From an uncultured Nitrospiraceae bacterium (GTDB lineage: Bacteria > Nitrospirota > Nitrospiria > Nitrospirales > Nitrospiraceae), in the NCBI GenBank assembly GCA_963846575.1, contig CAWJWJ010000002.1, positions 1,856,001 to 1,920,000 on the forward strand: 64,000 bases of DNA. The letters run 5' to 3'. Each line of letters opens with the position of its first letter. Within the stretch, counting starts at the first letter, position 1. A program made the position numbers and the translations under genes. The notes under the pieces were generated by a model that ran no database searches, was not told the DNA's origin, and saw only the letters and a list, made by a program, of their open reading frames with translations. Shown in pieces: positions 30,705-41,414 of this stretch.

Positions 30705-33541
30705 TGTGCGGCTCCTGGTCCTTTTTTCTCGTGCTGCGCCCCCGATTCATAGGCGTCGTTGAGCACCTGTGCGACATGTTTCACCGCCACGCGCCCCCGC
30801 ATGCCGTTGTTGAGTTGAATCATGCAAGCGGGGCAACTGGTGGCAACCGTCTCCGCGCCGCTCTGCTCGATGTTCCGGCGTTTCCGGTCGAAGATTTTCC
30901 GGGACGTGTCGTAATCCTTCACCAGATACGTCCCGGCCCCACCCGCGCAACGGTCGGCGTCCGTCATTTCCACATATTCAGTCCCCGGTATACGCGAGAG
31001 GATCTGGCGGGGCTCCTTGGTCACACCGGCAGCGCGCAGATGGCATGACGAATGGTATGTCACGCGAGAGGGCGCCCCCTCCGGTCCTCCCATGGCGGGC
31101 TGCTGCTCCGATTGCGCCACGAATTCGGTAATGTGCATGACCTTCTTCGCCAGATCGTCCGCGGCCTGCCGCTCCGGCTCGCGCTCGAAAAACTTCTTGT
31201 ACTCCTTGAGCATGAGCGTGCAGGAGGCACAACCGGTCACGACCTTGTCGTAGGTGGCGAGCGACTCGATATTGAACCGGGCATTCTGCTTCACGAGGTC
31301 CACATGGCCGTAGGTCTCGATGGGTGTGCCGGAACAACGTTGCGGAGGCATGGCCGGTTCGACACCATGCTTGCGCAAGACCGCGATCACGGCATCCCCC
31401 ACTCCATCTTCGAAATAATTCGCTGCGCAACCGTGAAAATAGGCCACCCTCGGCGGGTCTTTCTTTTCCCGTTCCGTGAGGTCCGGATAACGCTCGCGCA
31501 AATGCGACGTGGCCAGCCTGGGAAGGACCATGTCGGCCGAAAGCTTGGCGCTCGGAGCGATGCGTTTCATCAATGGCGCCGCGAGGCGTTCGAGGATTGC
31601 ACGCGGGAACGGGCGGTCCCACAGGGGTTGCGTTTTTGCGGCAAGTTTAAGTATCGCTTCAAATATGGGAAGTTTCGCCTGAAGCGCGAAGATCCATCGT
31701 GAGCCCTGGTTGGGGTGTTCGGCGCGGCGCTGCAGGATCAACTCCGAGACGTCCACTCCGGCCGGACAGATGGTCCTGCAGGATTTGCAGTTCAAGCAGG
31801 CTTCCACGACCCGCTTGGAATTGAGGTAGCTGTAGTCTTTGGCGGTGACGATTTCATACCAGCCGCGCGAGCTCATGTCTTCCGACTGAAACACGTCGTA
31901 CACGGGACAGACGGAGTTGCACTTCGCGCAGGTGGCGCAGGATTTGGAGAGGCGAGTGTAGTCGATGTGCTCGGTGAACGACGCCTCGCTGATCTTGATG
32001 CCGGGGTTCATGACGTTCGCCGGATCGACCGTCTGCTTCACCTGCACGAACATCCGGTACAGATCCTCTCCGAACATCTTGCGGACATATTCGGCGCGTA
32101 CCCGCCCGTCGCCATGTTCGCCGCAAATCGAGCCGTCGAAACGGGTGAGCACCGCCTGATGGATCTCATGGTACGCCTGTACCATCTTCTCGAAATCCTG
32201 CCGGTCGTTCACATCGAGCAGCGGAACGATGTGGGCATTGCCGTTGCCGATGTGCCCGAAGATCGCCACGGGAACGTGCTGCCCTTCAAAGAAGGTTTCG
32301 AGGTACCGGATCAATTCGCTGATGCGTTCGGCGCGCACCACGACATCGTCGACGAAATTGATGGGTTTCTTGCGCGGGTCGAACCGGTACAACGTCGGAT
32401 AGAGGGCCTTTCGCGCCTTCCAAAGTTGATCCCGCTGGCCTTTGTCGTAGGCGACCGTGGGATCGGCACAGAGCTGATAGCGGCGGCAGATGGTGGCCAT
32501 CCGCTCGGCCCGTTCCCGCAAATCGCTGTCGCCCTCGTGGCTGTCGAGTTCAGCCAACAGAGTCGCGGCGGCATCCCCGGGGATCCCGTGCGCGGAGCGC
32601 CCGATCAGGTTGAGTGTATTCGCATCCATGACTTCCAGGGCGCTGGGCCGGAGGCTCAACAAATGCGGCACCGCGTCTCCCACGTCCTCCAGGCGGCGAA
32701 AATGGATCAACGCGGTCAGGGTCCCCTGGGGTTTCGGCACTAACCGGAGAGTCGCCTCGCTCATGACGCCCAGAGTGCCCTCGCTGCCCACGAACAGCTT
32801 GGGCAGATCGAAGAACCCCCGGCTCAATCCGTCAGCCAGTCCGAAGAGGTTGTAGCCGCAACTATTCTTGCTGACGGTCGGCCGTTTGCTCTCGATCAAG
32901 CTGCGCTGTTGCCGCACCAGCTCGAGGGTCGGCTTCAGCGACGGATGGGTGGCGAGCGTCTGGTCCAATGCGGGATCGTCGAGTCCCAGCGGGGCGGCTG
33001 CCAGCCATGCGCCGGACGGGAGACAGACCCGAAGGGCTTGGACATTATCCTTGACCGCTCCATAGATCAGGGTGTGGGGGCCGGAGGAGTTATTGGCCAC
33101 CATCCCGCCGAGCTTGCACATGTCTCCGCTGGAGGGATCCGGACCGAACAGCAGCTGCCGCCGGCCGAGTTGCTTGTTCAGCTCCGCCAGGACGATGCCT
33201 GGTTGCACGCGCGCCCAGCGTTCCTCCTCGTTCACTTCGAGGATACGGTTCATCCTGGACACATCCAGGATGATGCCGGAGCCGATCGCCGAGCCCGTGA
33301 GATTGGTCCCGGCCGCGCGCGGGGTCAGTGGAATGCCCCGGGACACGGCGAATCGAACGACCGCATCGATGTCAGCCTCGGATTCCACAAGCACCACGGC
33401 CTGTGGCGTCATGCGATAGATGCTGGCATCGACGGCATAGGCCGTCAGCGTGGGAAAGTCGTTCTGGACCTTGGCCCGTCCGAGTAACTGCCGGAGGTCG
33501 CTGACGACGGCGGAGGATTTGTCAGGAAGAATGAGGGTCAT
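30701..33541 (-). CDS. FAD-linked oxidase / Fe-S fusion (GlcD + GlcF/GlpC-like; D-lactate/glycolate dehydrogenase-like)
   Basis: GSEGTLG, GEHGDG, two CxxCxxCxxxCP motifs and CCG-type domains. Confidence 0.88.
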   Translation of the reverse strand: MTLILPDKSSAVVSDLRQLLGRAKVQNDFPTLTAYAVDASIYRMTPQAVVLVESEADIDAVVRFAVSRGIPLTPRAAGTNLTGSAIGSGIILDVSRMNRILEVNEEERWARVQPGIVLAELNKQLGRRQLLFGPDPSSGDMCKLGGMVANNSSGPHTLIYGAVKDNVQALRVCLPSGAWLAAAPLGLDDPALDQTLATHPSLKPTLELVRQQRSLIESKRPTVSKNSCGYNLFGLADGLSRGFFDLPKLFVGSEGTLGVMSEATLRLVPKPQGTLTALIHFRRLEDVGDAVPHLLSLRPSALEVMDANTLNLIGRSAHGIPGDAAATLLAELDSHEGDSDLRERAERMATICRRYQLCADPTVAYDKGQRDQLWKARKALYPTLYRFDPRKKPINFVDDVVVRAERISELIRYLETFFEGQHVPVAIFGHIGNGNAHIVPLLDVNDRQDFEKMVQAYHEIHQAVLTRFDGSICGEHGDGRVRAEYVRKMFGEDLYRMFVQVKQTVDPANVMNPGIKISEASFTEHIDYTRLSKSCATCAKCNSVCPVYDVFQSEDMSSRGWYEIVTAKDYSYLNSKRVVEACLNCKSCRTICPAGVDVSELILQRRAEHPNQGSRWIFALQAKLPIFEAILKLAAKTQPLWDRPFPRAILERLAAPLMKRIAPSAKLSADMVLPRLATSHLRERYPDLTEREKKDPPRVAYFHGCAANYFEDGVGDAVIAVLRKHGVEPAMPPQRCSGTPIETYGHVDLVKQNARFNIESLATYDKVVTGCASCTLMLKEYKKFFEREPERQAADDLAKKVMHITEFVAQSEQQPAMGGPEGAPSRVTYHSSCHLRAAGVTKEPRQILSRIPGTEYVEMTDADRCAGGAGTYLVKDYDTSRKIFDRKRRNIEQSGAETVATSCPACMIQLNNGMRGRVAVKHVAQVLNDAYESGAQHEKKGPGAAQ

Positions 33542-33716
33542 GCTCGTGATTGCGCTGTCACATTCTAGCAGGATGTTGAAAAAGTCCGCCACCTTTGTTC
33601 TTGGGTCACCTCAATACCGTGACAGGGCGATGGCGCCTTCGATCGCCAGACTCAGGGCCGGGGAGTTGTTGACTGCGGGGGGATTCGCTAAGATGCACGG
33701 AGCCACGCGAGGCTCC

Positions 33717-34685
33717 ATGTCACGTCCGACTCTGTATATCTCCCGCCTCCTGCCAGATCCGGTCATGACCGCCGCACACCACCAGTTCGACGTCGTCAAC
33801 GAACCTCGCGATGCCTCCCCCTCATGGGATGCGATGAAAGCCGGACTTCGTGACGCGGAGGCCGGCATTTCCACCCTCACAGACCTGATCGATGCCGCCA
33901 TGCTGGCCGATGCGACTCGACTGAAGGTGCTGGCGAATTATGCGGTGGGATACAACAATATCGATCTCGCCGCAGCCACCCGACAGGGCATCATCATCAC
34001 CAACACCCCCGACGTGCTGACCGAATCGACAGCGGATCTTACCTGGGCCTTGATGCTGGCCGTCGCGCGGCGTGTGGCGGAGGGCGACGCGTACGTGCGA
34101 TCCGGGGCCTGGCCGGGGTGGGCTCCGACGCAAATGCTGGGAGCGGATGTCTCAGGCAAGATCCTGGGGATTGTCGGCATGGGACGGATCGGCGAGGCGG
34201 TGGCGCGCCGTGCGGCCGGGTTCAACATGCGCGTCTGTTACAGTTCGCGTTCGGTGCGCACTCCTGAACAACCGGCCGTCGGGGAACGGCGCGCGTTTCA
34301 GGACGTCCTCCGCGAGTCCGATTTCCTGTCCCTGCATGTGCCGCTCACCGCCGACACTCACCACCTGATCGGTCCGGACCAACTGGCCCTCATGAAACCG
34401 ACGGCATTCTTGATCAACAGCTCCCGCGGCCCGGTCGTGGACGAGGCCGCGCTAGTCAGCGCCTTAGTGCATCGCCGACTTGCCGGCGCCGGCCTCGATG
34501 TGTTCGAGCAGGAACCGGCCTTTCATCCCAGCTTGCGAGAACTGCGTCAGGTGGTGCTGCTGCCGCATCTCGGTTCCGCCACCCTCGCCACGCGGGTGCG
34601 GATGGGACTGATCTGTCTGGAGAATATCGCTGCCGTGTGTGCGGGTCAGCAGGCGCCTAATCAGATCCGGCTTACGGAGGGATGA
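33717..34685 (+). CDS. D-2-hydroxyacid dehydrogenase (glyoxylate reductase / D-glycerate dehydrogenase)
   Basis: AVGYNNID, GMGRIG, INSSRG, DVFEQEP, PHLGSAT. Confidence 0.9.
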   Translation: MSRPTLYISRLLPDPVMTAAHHQFDVVNEPRDASPSWDAMKAGLRDAEAGISTLTDLIDAAMLADATRLKVLANYAVGYNNIDLAAATRQGIIITNTPDVLTESTADLTWALMLAVARRVAEGDAYVRSGAWPGWAPTQMLGADVSGKILGIVGMGRIGEAVARRAAGFNMRVCYSSRSVRTPEQPAVGERRAFQDVLRESDFLSLHVPLTADTHHLIGPDQLALMKPTAFLINSSRGPVVDEAALVSALVHRRLAGAGLDVFEQEPAFHPSLRELRQVVLLPHLGSATLATRVRMGLICLENIAAVCAGQQAPNQIRLTEG

Positions 34686-34747
34686 CATCGAAGACGCAGC
34701 ACTGGATCGCACACGACGGCAGAACAGCCCAAAAAAGGAAGAGGAGA

Positions 34748-36658
34748 CTAGCGGCCCGCGAGCGGTACGGCAATGGGCAACCTAGCAGCGGATTCGTGCT
34801 CCCCGTTCCCGTTGGTACCAAGGTTATGCAAGGTCTCCAGACGGCGGGGAACATCATGAAACGAGGGGATGGATTGATACATGGCGATGGCCCGCTCACG
34901 CGAGCCCGTTCTTTCGTACAGCAGTCCGAGTTCGTACCGCACGAGTTGGGCGTTTCCGCCTCGGCAGCGTGAATCCAAACTGAGTTTTTCGAGCAACTGG
35001 ATCGACTGGTCGGACTGACCTTGCTCTTTGAGACACAGCCCCATCATCAGACAGGAATCGACAAAGAAGCCGGAATCCTTCAGGGAGTGGGCGAACTCTT
35101 CCTTTGCCTCTTCCCATAACCCCATGTCCTTGTAGGCCATGCCCAACGCATAGCGGGTTTCTGCATCCACGCTGTCAGCGGGCGGCTCAGGAGCGCCGTG
35201 CTGGGCAGGAGCCGCAGCGACCTCCGTGATGGGTGCCGGATCGGCCGCCGGTGCGTCTACGGCCATAAGCGGGACAACCGTTTCAGCTGGCGGCGGGACC
35301 ACGGTCGGTTGCGAGATCGCAGCGGCGGGCTCGGTCGATGACTGCATAAGCCTGAAGGAGTGTTCATCGACCGGATTCGCGACTGTCGGTGTCGACAGAG
35401 GCTCCGGCGCCAACGATTCAGCCGAAACGATCGCGGGCTCAGCCGTCTCCTCCAGAATCGCCGGGGAGTCGGCCTCCGCATTGGGGTCAAACGCGGGCGC
35501 CAGCTTGCGGGCGATGGCACTTCCCGGAGCCAACGCCTGGACCTTCTCGAAGAGTTCAGCCGGAAGGGTCGGCATTCCCGGTTCCGGATGTTCCAACAGG
35601 ATCTCCACGGCTCTGCCGAAGTGCTGGGCTGCGGTGGCTGGATCACCCTTTTCCTGGTACAGCTCACCGAGCAGTTCCAACATCGGTACCGATGCCGGTT
35701 CAATCTTCAAATATTCGGTAATGAGCGTTTCGGCCATCGGATAGTCCTGCGCGCGCAACGCTCCTCCGGCGAGGAATCGATATTCTCCGAGGGCCACCTG
35801 AAGATTGCCTTGAAGAAGATGGAGACGCGCGAGGAGCTGGCAGATCTCAGGGTTTCCCGGCTCCCGACTTAGGAGTTGCGTGAGCATGGCTTCGGCACCC
35901 GCATATTGCCCCTCTTCGATCCGGCGGGTGGCCTCGGCCATCAAGTCGCTGCCCTCTCCTGCCTTGACCGTTGCCGAAACCGGCTTGGCGGCACGAGACA
36001 AATTCACGGGCGCCCCTCCGCCCGCCTCAATCATCCCGATGATTTCCTGGGCTTCGGCATTTACGGGGTCCAGGCGAAGTACTGCCGCATAGGCCTCTTT
36101 TGCTTCACTGTAGCGCTGTGAAGCCGATTGTTCGCGACCCAGCTGGAGATACATTCGAATGGCTTCATCAACCTGGTTTTCTTGAACGCAGAGTTCGGCC
36201 ACCCTTTGTTGCGCATCCAGGTTGGACGGATCCTGGGACACAATCTTTCGATAGAGGTCAAGGGCATCTTTGCTCCGGCCCTCTTTCAAATAATGTTTGC
36301 CTAATGTGAGGTAATCCTGAACGGCGCTGCTCAACAACCCTCGCTCCGCATTCAAATCGCCGAGGTGGCGGTAGACATCCATCCGCGCAGGGTCGACCTT
36401 AAGAATTTTCTTATAGGCGGCGATCGCCTTGAGGACGGACCCTTCGGCCCGGAATGCGGTGGCGGCTTGAAGAAAGGCCATGACGGCCTCCCCGTTGGCA
36501 TTGCGCCTCAGGTGGAGATCGCCGATGGAGTTGAAAATCGTGCCGTCGGCGGGGGAGTCGGTGGTCAGCTTCCGCCATTCGGTGATCGCAGCGTCGTACT
36601 GGCCTTTGGAGGCGAATAATTGGGCGTTCTGCAGAACCGTTCGACGATCAACAGCCAA
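34748..36658 (-). CDS. TPR-repeat protein
   Basis: Multiple TPR motifs, an acidic/Pro linker and a C-terminal YALGMAYKDMGL TPR; TTG start with GAGGAG RBS. Confidence 0.85.
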   Translation of the reverse strand: MAVDRRTVLQNAQLFASKGQYDAAITEWRKLTTDSPADGTIFNSIGDLHLRRNANGEAVMAFLQAATAFRAEGSVLKAIAAYKKILKVDPARMDVYRHLGDLNAERGLLSSAVQDYLTLGKHYLKEGRSKDALDLYRKIVSQDPSNLDAQQRVAELCVQENQVDEAIRMYLQLGREQSASQRYSEAKEAYAAVLRLDPVNAEAQEIIGMIEAGGGAPVNLSRAAKPVSATVKAGEGSDLMAEATRRIEEGQYAGAEAMLTQLLSREPGNPEICQLLARLHLLQGNLQVALGEYRFLAGGALRAQDYPMAETLITEYLKIEPASVPMLELLGELYQEKGDPATAAQHFGRAVEILLEHPEPGMPTLPAELFEKVQALAPGSAIARKLAPAFDPNAEADSPAILEETAEPAIVSAESLAPEPLSTPTVANPVDEHSFRLMQSSTEPAAAISQPTVVPPPAETVVPLMAVDAPAADPAPITEVAAAPAQHGAPEPPADSVDAETRYALGMAYKDMGLWEEAKEEFAHSLKDSGFFVDSCLMMGLCLKEQGQSDQSIQLLEKLSLDSRCRGGNAQLVRYELGLLYERTGSRERAIAMYQSIPSFHDVPRRLETLHNLGTNGNGEHESAARLPIAVPLAGR

Positions 36659-36688
36659 GAAGACTCCTCACCCCGATGTTGAGAGTCA

Positions 36689-36717
36689 ACGCTAACAGTC
36701 TGCCTATTCTTTGTCAA
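36689..36717 (-). promoter_or_regulatory. sigma70-like promoter of the TPR gene
   Basis: TTGACA-N17-TAGCGT. Confidence 0.5.
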
Positions 36718-36781
36718 ACAAATGGGGAAAAGCCCGACACCGGAAATGCAGCATCCAGCGCGGGGTTCAGCGAAGAAACGC

Positions 36782-36814
36782 CCGCGGCCCTTCGATGCAA
36801 CAGAGGGGCCGCGG
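36782..36814 (-). terminator. intrinsic terminator after the cold-shock gene
   Basis: CCGCGGCCC...GGGCCGCGG stem, followed closely by a T-rich stretch on the minus strand. Confidence 0.55.
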
Positions 36815-36834
36815 ATGTGTGTAGCCTGGGCTGT

Positions 36835-37053
36835 CTAAGAAGCCGGTGCAAGATCCTTCAGGACGTTCGCCGCCTGCGGGCCCTTGGCCCCCTGCACGAT
36901 ATCGAATTCGACGTTCTCGCCCTCTTTCAATGTCTTGAAACCATCTCCCTGGAGGGCGGAGTAGTGAACGAATACGTCATCACCGCCATCGAGCCGAATA
37001 AATCCGAACCCCTTACGATCGTTGAACCATTTCACTGTCCCTTTAGTCTTCAC
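36835..37053 (-). CDS. cold-shock protein
   Basis: [28 protein letters not shown]. Confidence 0.95.
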   Translation of the reverse strand: MKTKGTVKWFNDRKGFGFIRLDGGDDVFVHYSALQGDGFKTLKEGENVEFDIVQGAKGPQAANVLKDLAPAS

Positions 37054-37223
37054 ACGGTCCTCCTTTCCTTAACGCACAACTATATTGAGCGCGTCAGCTC
37101 GTCTGCTGATTCGCATGGAATGATGACGATAAAAGGAGAGATAACGGCGCGCGCGGCGGCATTTGCGGGGAGTTCAAACAATCTTCAACCCGACCCATCA
37201 TGACCTACTGAAAAGTGCGCAGC

Positions 37224-37313
37224 GATGTACCATGGGGTGAAAATCTTGTCAAGCGGATAGTTTAAGGAAATGCCATCTCAGCTGTTTACAAGCCCCTCGG
37301 ACTCTTCTATAGT
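37224..37313. promoter_or_regulatory. divergent sigma70-like promoters (csp and lptF)
   Basis: Minus strand TTGACA-N17-TACATC (37252-37224); plus strand TTTACA-N17-TATAGT (37285-37313). Confidence 0.55.
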
Positions 37314-37354
37314 GCGGACACTGTAGACTCCGATGTAGGACCTCGACCGCCCTC

Positions 37355-38440
37355 GTGCTACGCACCATCCTCGATCGCTATATTTTTCGTGAGCTCCTGT
37401 CTCCGTTTTGCATCAGTTTGGCCGCGCTCTGCTTCGTGATGCTCACCAAGGAGCTCCTCCGGCTGGTAGAACTGCTGGTGACGAAGGGGGTCGGTTTTCT
37501 CTCGGTGCTCAAAGTGTTCGCCCATCTACTCCCCTCGTTTCTGGTTCTGACCCTTCCCATCGCGGGCATCATCGCCTCCATTACGGCCTTCGGTCGCTTG
37601 TCCCTCGACAAGGAACTCGTGGCGATGCGCGCCGCCGGATTCAGCCTGTTGCGGCTCTCCCACTCCGTCTTTCTTTTCGCGGCGCTGGTCTGCGGTCTGA
37701 CCATGATGATGGCGCAGTGGGGACAGCCCTGGAGCAATGTGAATCTCAAGAAAGTGGCGCTCAACCTCTTGCGCGACGAACTGGTGCTGGAGCTCGATCG
37801 GGGCGTCTTTAATGAGGCCATTCCTAAAATGGTGATTTATGTGCCCGATGCCCGGGAGGGACAGGATACGAAAGGCATTTTCGTGGCCGACGAGCGGAAT
37901 CCCGCCGACCCCCGGATCATCGTCGCGCAACAGTACCGGGTCATGACCGACCCGGTGAGTAGCCAGGTGGCGCTCCGCCTTGAGAACGGCGTCATCCATA
38001 GCCGGCCTCAAAACGCCCAGGAGTATCAAAAAATTTCCTTTACCTCCTACGACCTCAAGCTCAGCGTCAGCACAAGCCTCTACGGCGCGGAGGAACGCAC
38101 CCCCGTGGAGGTGATTCGAGCCAAACTCGACAGCTCCGGCTGGACAGATACCAACGCCCTGCGTCGCTTGATGGAATATTACAAGGATTTGGCCTTCCCG
38201 GCGGCCTCCCTCGTGTTCTGCATTCTGGGTGTGCCCGTCGGCATCGTGTCGAAACGCTCGGGCAGCATCGGTGGGTTTGCGGTCGGCGTGATGGTAGTGA
38301 TCGTGTACTATGTCCTCAATGTCGCCTGCGAATTTCTGGTCACCACTCTCTGGATACCGCCCTTCGCCGGCGCCTGGTTACCCAACGTGATTTTTGCACT
38401 CATTACAATCGTCTGGTTTTATCGCGTGAGTCGGCAGTAG
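37355..38440 (+). CDS. lptF: LPS export permease LptF
   Basis: ILDRYIFREL, RLS.D.ELVAMRAAG, AWLPN. Confidence 0.85.
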   Translation: MLRTILDRYIFRELLSPFCISLAALCFVMLTKELLRLVELLVTKGVGFLSVLKVFAHLLPSFLVLTLPIAGIIASITAFGRLSLDKELVAMRAAGFSLLRLSHSVFLFAALVCGLTMMMAQWGQPWSNVNLKKVALNLLRDELVLELDRGVFNEAIPKMVIYVPDAREGQDTKGIFVADERNPADPRIIVAQQYRVMTDPVSSQVALRLENGVIHSRPQNAQEYQKISFTSYDLKLSVSTSLYGAEERTPVEVIRAKLDSSGWTDTNALRRLMEYYKDLAFPAASLVFCILGVPVGIVSKRSGSIGGFAVGVMVVIVYYVLNVACEFLVTTLWIPPFAGAWLPNVIFALITIVWFYRVSRQ

Positions 38441-38444
38441 CCCC

Positions 38445-39536
38445 ATGAGCATTCTCTTTCGATACATGCTGCGCGAGTACGTGAAGATCTTCGGCATGTG
38501 CTTCTCCGGGCTCATGACGATTTATCTCGTCATTGACTTCTTCGAGAAGGTCCGCCGGTTTCTCCGCTACGACGCCCATGTGTTGGATGTGTTGACCTAC
38601 TTCGTGCTCAAGATGCCTGCCATTTCCTACCAGATCGCGCCGCTGGCCGTCCTGATGGCCACCCTGCTCACCATCGGCCTTTTGTCGCGCAGCCACGAAA
38701 TCACCGCGATGCGCAGCTGCGGCATCAGCCTTTATTGGATTACATCCCCGTTCCTGTTTTTTGGCACCGTGCTGGCGCTGATCTTGTTCCTCTTCAGCTC
38801 CACGGTCATCCCCCTGGCGCTCGCACGTGCAGAACAGATCAAAACCACGCAGATCGAAAAACGGCCGGCTCCGGTATCGCTGAAAGCCACCCAACCCTGG
38901 GTGAGTCTCGGCGGTCAGATCCTGATGAACATCGACAGTATTGAACCGGGGGGCGCGGTCTTGCGGAAAGTGCGGCTCTATCGTCTGAGCCCCACCTTCG
39001 AATTGCAGCAGATCGAAGAAGCTCAGCGGGCGGTTTACTCTCCCCAAGGCTGGGCCTTGAAGGACGGCATCAAACGAACCTTTCGATCCGACGGGGTCGT
39101 CTCCGTGACCACATTTGACACGGAGCCCCTCCCCCTGGCGCAGATTCCGGATGACTTCACCACCTGGCTGGAGTTGGATTCCGAAACGATGACCCTCACG
39201 GACATCCGCGCCTACGTCGATCGCCTGCAATTGAGCGGCACACTCCTGCCTCGGCTGCTGACGGATTATTACGGTCGGATCGCCTTTCCCTGCGTCACCT
39301 TCATCATGGTGGTGGTCGGCATCGCGTTGAGCCTTCGCCGAACCGGCGTGCGCGGCAGCGGGATGGCGATGGGTATCGGTCAGGCGATGGCCGTCGGATT
39401 TTTTTACTGGTCCACCCACTCCGTTGCAATCGCCCTCGGCCGCGGCGGCGCCCTCTCCCCGATGCTGGCTGGATGGATGGCCAATCTGGTGTTCCTGACC
39501 TTCGGCTGTTACCTCCTGCTGAAGGTGCGTTACTAA
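38445..39536 (+). CDS. lptG: LPS export permease LptG
   Basis: LSRSHEITAMRSCGIS; tandem with lptF. Confidence 0.85.
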   Translation: MSILFRYMLREYVKIFGMCFSGLMTIYLVIDFFEKVRRFLRYDAHVLDVLTYFVLKMPAISYQIAPLAVLMATLLTIGLLSRSHEITAMRSCGISLYWITSPFLFFGTVLALILFLFSSTVIPLALARAEQIKTTQIEKRPAPVSLKATQPWVSLGGQILMNIDSIEPGGAVLRKVRLYRLSPTFELQQIEEAQRAVYSPQGWALKDGIKRTFRSDGVVSVTTFDTEPLPLAQIPDDFTTWLELDSETMTLTDIRAYVDRLQLSGTLLPRLLTDYYGRIAFPCVTFIMVVVGIALSLRRTGVRGSGMAMGIGQAMAVGFFYWSTHSVAIALGRGGALSPMLAGWMANLVFLTFGCYLLLKVRY

Positions 39537-39786
39537 ACACATGGTGAACCGGCCGCTGTCATCGCTCTCGAATCGATCCGCTGCTCAACGGTGCGCCATG
39601 GAAGGCCCGGTCATCCCGACAGGCCCGGTGCAATCATCGTCCCGCATACCGGCCCGCCATGAGTTGAACGACCGTATGGCGGCGTGGATCTCGCGAGCAT
39701 GACTGCGTACAGCATTGACTGTGGCGCCACCTTCGGGTAAGTAGACAGGCCGCACGTTCAACGGAGGACAGCAACAAACCGTCGTT

Positions 39787-41043
39787 ATGCCAACACGAGT
39801 CGTCATCACAGGTCTCGGAGTCGTTTCACCCATCGGCATTGGTGTGCCTCAGTTCTGGAAGGCGGCACTCGAGGGACAATCCGGCATCTCCGCCATTACC
39901 TCCTTCGACCCCTTCCCTCTGGAAGGGTACCGCTCCCGTGTCGCCGGAAGAATTCAGGATTTCTCACCCGATCAGTATCTTCCGGCCGGTCAGGGAGACC
40001 GGGTCGACCGTTACGCTCAATTCGCCCTCGTAGCCGCCAAAGAAGCACTCGCGGATGCCCGGTTTCAGATGGAGCGGGAAGAGCCTCATCGGGTGGGGGT
40101 CATCGTCGGGGCAGGAATGGGCGGCATGGTCATGGGCGAGCGGGAGATCACCCAACTTTACGAGCAGAAGCGGCCGCACCGGGTACATCCGAATTTTATT
40201 CCCGTGATCACGTTGAATTCCGCCTCGGGCATTGTGGCGATGGCATACGGAGCCAAAGGTCCGAACTTCACTATTTCGACTGCCTGTTCGTCGAGTGCCC
40301 ATGCCCTGGGCCAGGCCATGAACTGCATTCGCGCCGGTACGGCGGACGCGGTGATCGTGGTCGGTGCCGATGCCAGTATTACGCCTCTCGTCTTTGCCGG
40401 ATTTTGCTCGCTTCGTGCCCTGTCGACCAAGTATAACGATGCGCCGCAACGGGCCTCACGCCCGTTTGACCGGGACCGTGACGGGTTCGTCATGGGTGAA
40501 GGCGCCGGGGCTTTGATTCTTGAATCCCTGGCCCATGCGAAAAAACGCAAGGCCCGGATGTATGCGGAAGTGGCAGGTTATGCGGCCACCAGCGAAGCCC
40601 ATCACATGGTGATTCCACGGGAAGATGGGGTGGAGGTGGCCACCACCATGCGCATGGCCTTGAAGGATGCGGGCGTGACGCCCGCGCAGGTCGACTATAT
40701 TAATGCCCATGCCACCTCCACAACGGTGGGCGATGCGGTCGAGGTCAAGGCGATTCGTCTGCTGTTCAAGTCGCGCGCAGACAAACTCGCCGTGAGCGCG
40801 ACCAAGTCTCTCGTCGGCCATACGCTGGGAGCGGCCGGATCCCTCGCGGGCATCGTATCGGCCTTGACGCTTGATAGCGGGCAGATCCATCCGACGCTCA
40901 ATCTCGACGATCCGGATCCTGCCTGCAGTCTCGCGGGACTGTCCCGGCATCCGCAATTCAAAAAAGCTAAAGTCGCGCTGGTCAATGCTTTTGGATTCGG
41001 CAGCAACAATGCGGCGGTCGTCTTGAAAAAAGTATCGCCCTGA
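39787..41043 (+). CDS. fabF: beta-ketoacyl-ACP synthase II
   Basis: TACSS, NAHATST, GHTLG catalytic triad; NAFGFG. Confidence 0.9.
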   Translation: MPTRVVITGLGVVSPIGIGVPQFWKAALEGQSGISAITSFDPFPLEGYRSRVAGRIQDFSPDQYLPAGQGDRVDRYAQFALVAAKEALADARFQMEREEPHRVGVIVGAGMGGMVMGEREITQLYEQKRPHRVHPNFIPVITLNSASGIVAMAYGAKGPNFTISTACSSSAHALGQAMNCIRAGTADAVIVVGADASITPLVFAGFCSLRALSTKYNDAPQRASRPFDRDRDGFVMGEGAGALILESLAHAKKRKARMYAEVAGYAATSEAHHMVIPREDGVEVATTMRMALKDAGVTPAQVDYINAHATSTTVGDAVEVKAIRLLFKSRADKLAVSATKSLVGHTLGAAGSLAGIVSALTLDSGQIHPTLNLDDPDPACSLAGLSRHPQFKKAKVALVNAFGFGSNNAAVVLKKVSP

Positions 41044-41104
41044 CTCAGGTGGGACAACCACGCTCTGGGATCCCGACGTGGGAATGAGGAACCAAGGAAC
41101 GGTT

Positions 41105-41410
41105 ATGGCCAAGACGACAGAGGTGTCCGAGAAAATCATTCAGGCGCTGGCTGAATACCTGAAACGGGACGCGGCATCGATCCATTCGAGCCATCATCTG
41201 CGTGAAGATCTGGGATTGGATTCGATGGCGGTGATTGAAATGCTGTATCGGATCGAGGAGGTCTTCAATCTCCAGATTCCCGACGAGGATCTTCTCGGGC
41301 TGACCACCGTGGGGCAGGTCGCCGCCTATGTTCAGAACCGCGTCGCCCCCTCCCCCGCTATTGCGAAGAAACCCGCGCCGAAACGGTCGTCCAAAGGGAA
41401 GAAGGCCTAA
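41105..41410 (+). CDS. acyl carrier protein with a Lys-rich tail
   Basis: DLGLDSM phosphopantetheine site. Confidence 0.88.
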   Translation: MAKTTEVSEKIIQALAEYLKRDAASIHSSHHLREDLGLDSMAVIEMLYRIEEVFNLQIPDEDLLGLTTVGQVAAYVQNRVAPSPAIAKKPAPKRSSKGKKA

Positions 41411-41414
41411 AAGG

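Noticed and set aside
33566..33606. AGCAGGATGTTGAAAAAGTCCGCCA, resembling an IS-end-derived intergenic repeat
   Set aside because: Single partial copy in the window; it cannot be supported without a genome-wide search.
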